NCBI GenBank assembly: GCA_964016885.1
Contig: OZ024746.1
Span: forward strand, 11,718,001-11,782,000
Origin: Eledone cirrhosa
Taxonomy: Eukaryota
Direction: 5' to 3'
DNA length: 64,000 bases
Shown: one piece after another, positions 63,781-64,000 of the stretch
How positions within the stretch are numbered: the first letter of the stretch is position 1
Layout: each line of letters begins with the position of its first letter
Translations under genes and position numbers: made by a program
The notes under the pieces: generated by a model
What the model was told of the DNA's origin: nothing
Seen by the model: only the letters and a program-made list of their open reading frames with translations
Databases searched by the model: none

Positions 63781-64000
63781 ATGGGTAGAAATAACAAAAT
63801 TGCCATGGTGATATCCATCGATGAAATTTGCGACAAAACCGGTCGATGCCCCAAAATAGAACATTGCCCAGAAAATCACATCTGCCATATCTGTGCGGAA
63901 CCCGAAAACTCGTTCCGTAATCGCTGGGTCGAATGTGGAACCTGTCGCATCTCTATCTGCCTTCAATGCGCCACAGGCTTCCGGAGGATCCCAGGCCAAA
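63781..64000 (+). CDS. Cys-rich PHD/RING-like zinc-finger ORF, truncated by the window end
   Basis: ATG at 63781 with no stop for 73 codons: MGRNNKIAMVISIDEICDKTGRCPKIEHCPENHICHICAEPENSFRNRWVECGTCRISICLQCATGFRRIPGQ. Pattern C-x2-C-x13-C-x2-C-x4-C-x2-C. Absent from the ORF track because it lacks a stop. Confidence 0.6.
   Translation, partial: MGRNNKIAMVISIDEICDKTGRCPKIEHCPENHICHICAEPENSFRNRWVECGTCRISICLQCATGFRRIPGQ

Noticed and set aside
63775-63999. Minus-strand 74-aa ORF from the track
   Set aside because: No recognisable motif; probably the antisense shadow of the Cys-patterned + strand ORF.

Overview
AT-rich, CpG-poor eukaryotic genomic DNA dense in microsatellites. The repeat content (tRNA-headed SINEs, RTE LINEs with (GAT)n tails, TTAA MITEs) and the long C2H2 array suggest an octopus or other coleoid cephalopod; this is an inference. 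Two host genes converge. THOC7 (+ strand) has seven coding exons at 26950-49395, all phase-consistent with GT-AG junctions; its short first exon was not located. A 17-finger C2H2 zinc-finger gene (- strand) lies at 51799-53610. An open Cys-rich PHD/RING-like ORF starts at 63781 and runs off the window end. The rest is mostly transposon debris: RTE and R4-like LINEs, two SINE families, piggyBac-like and mariner/pogo MITEs, and a dead mariner-type element. Most notable: (1) type-I hammerhead ribozyme motifs with palindromic helix III in Penelope-like fold-back elements beside (TA)n tracts; (2) alternating DNA-contact residues in the zinc-finger protein that predict a 6-bp-periodic, microsatellite-like target; (3) the CpG-rich PHD/RING-like ORF. 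All analysis was by eye, with no database searches. Most entries in the ORF track are spurious.
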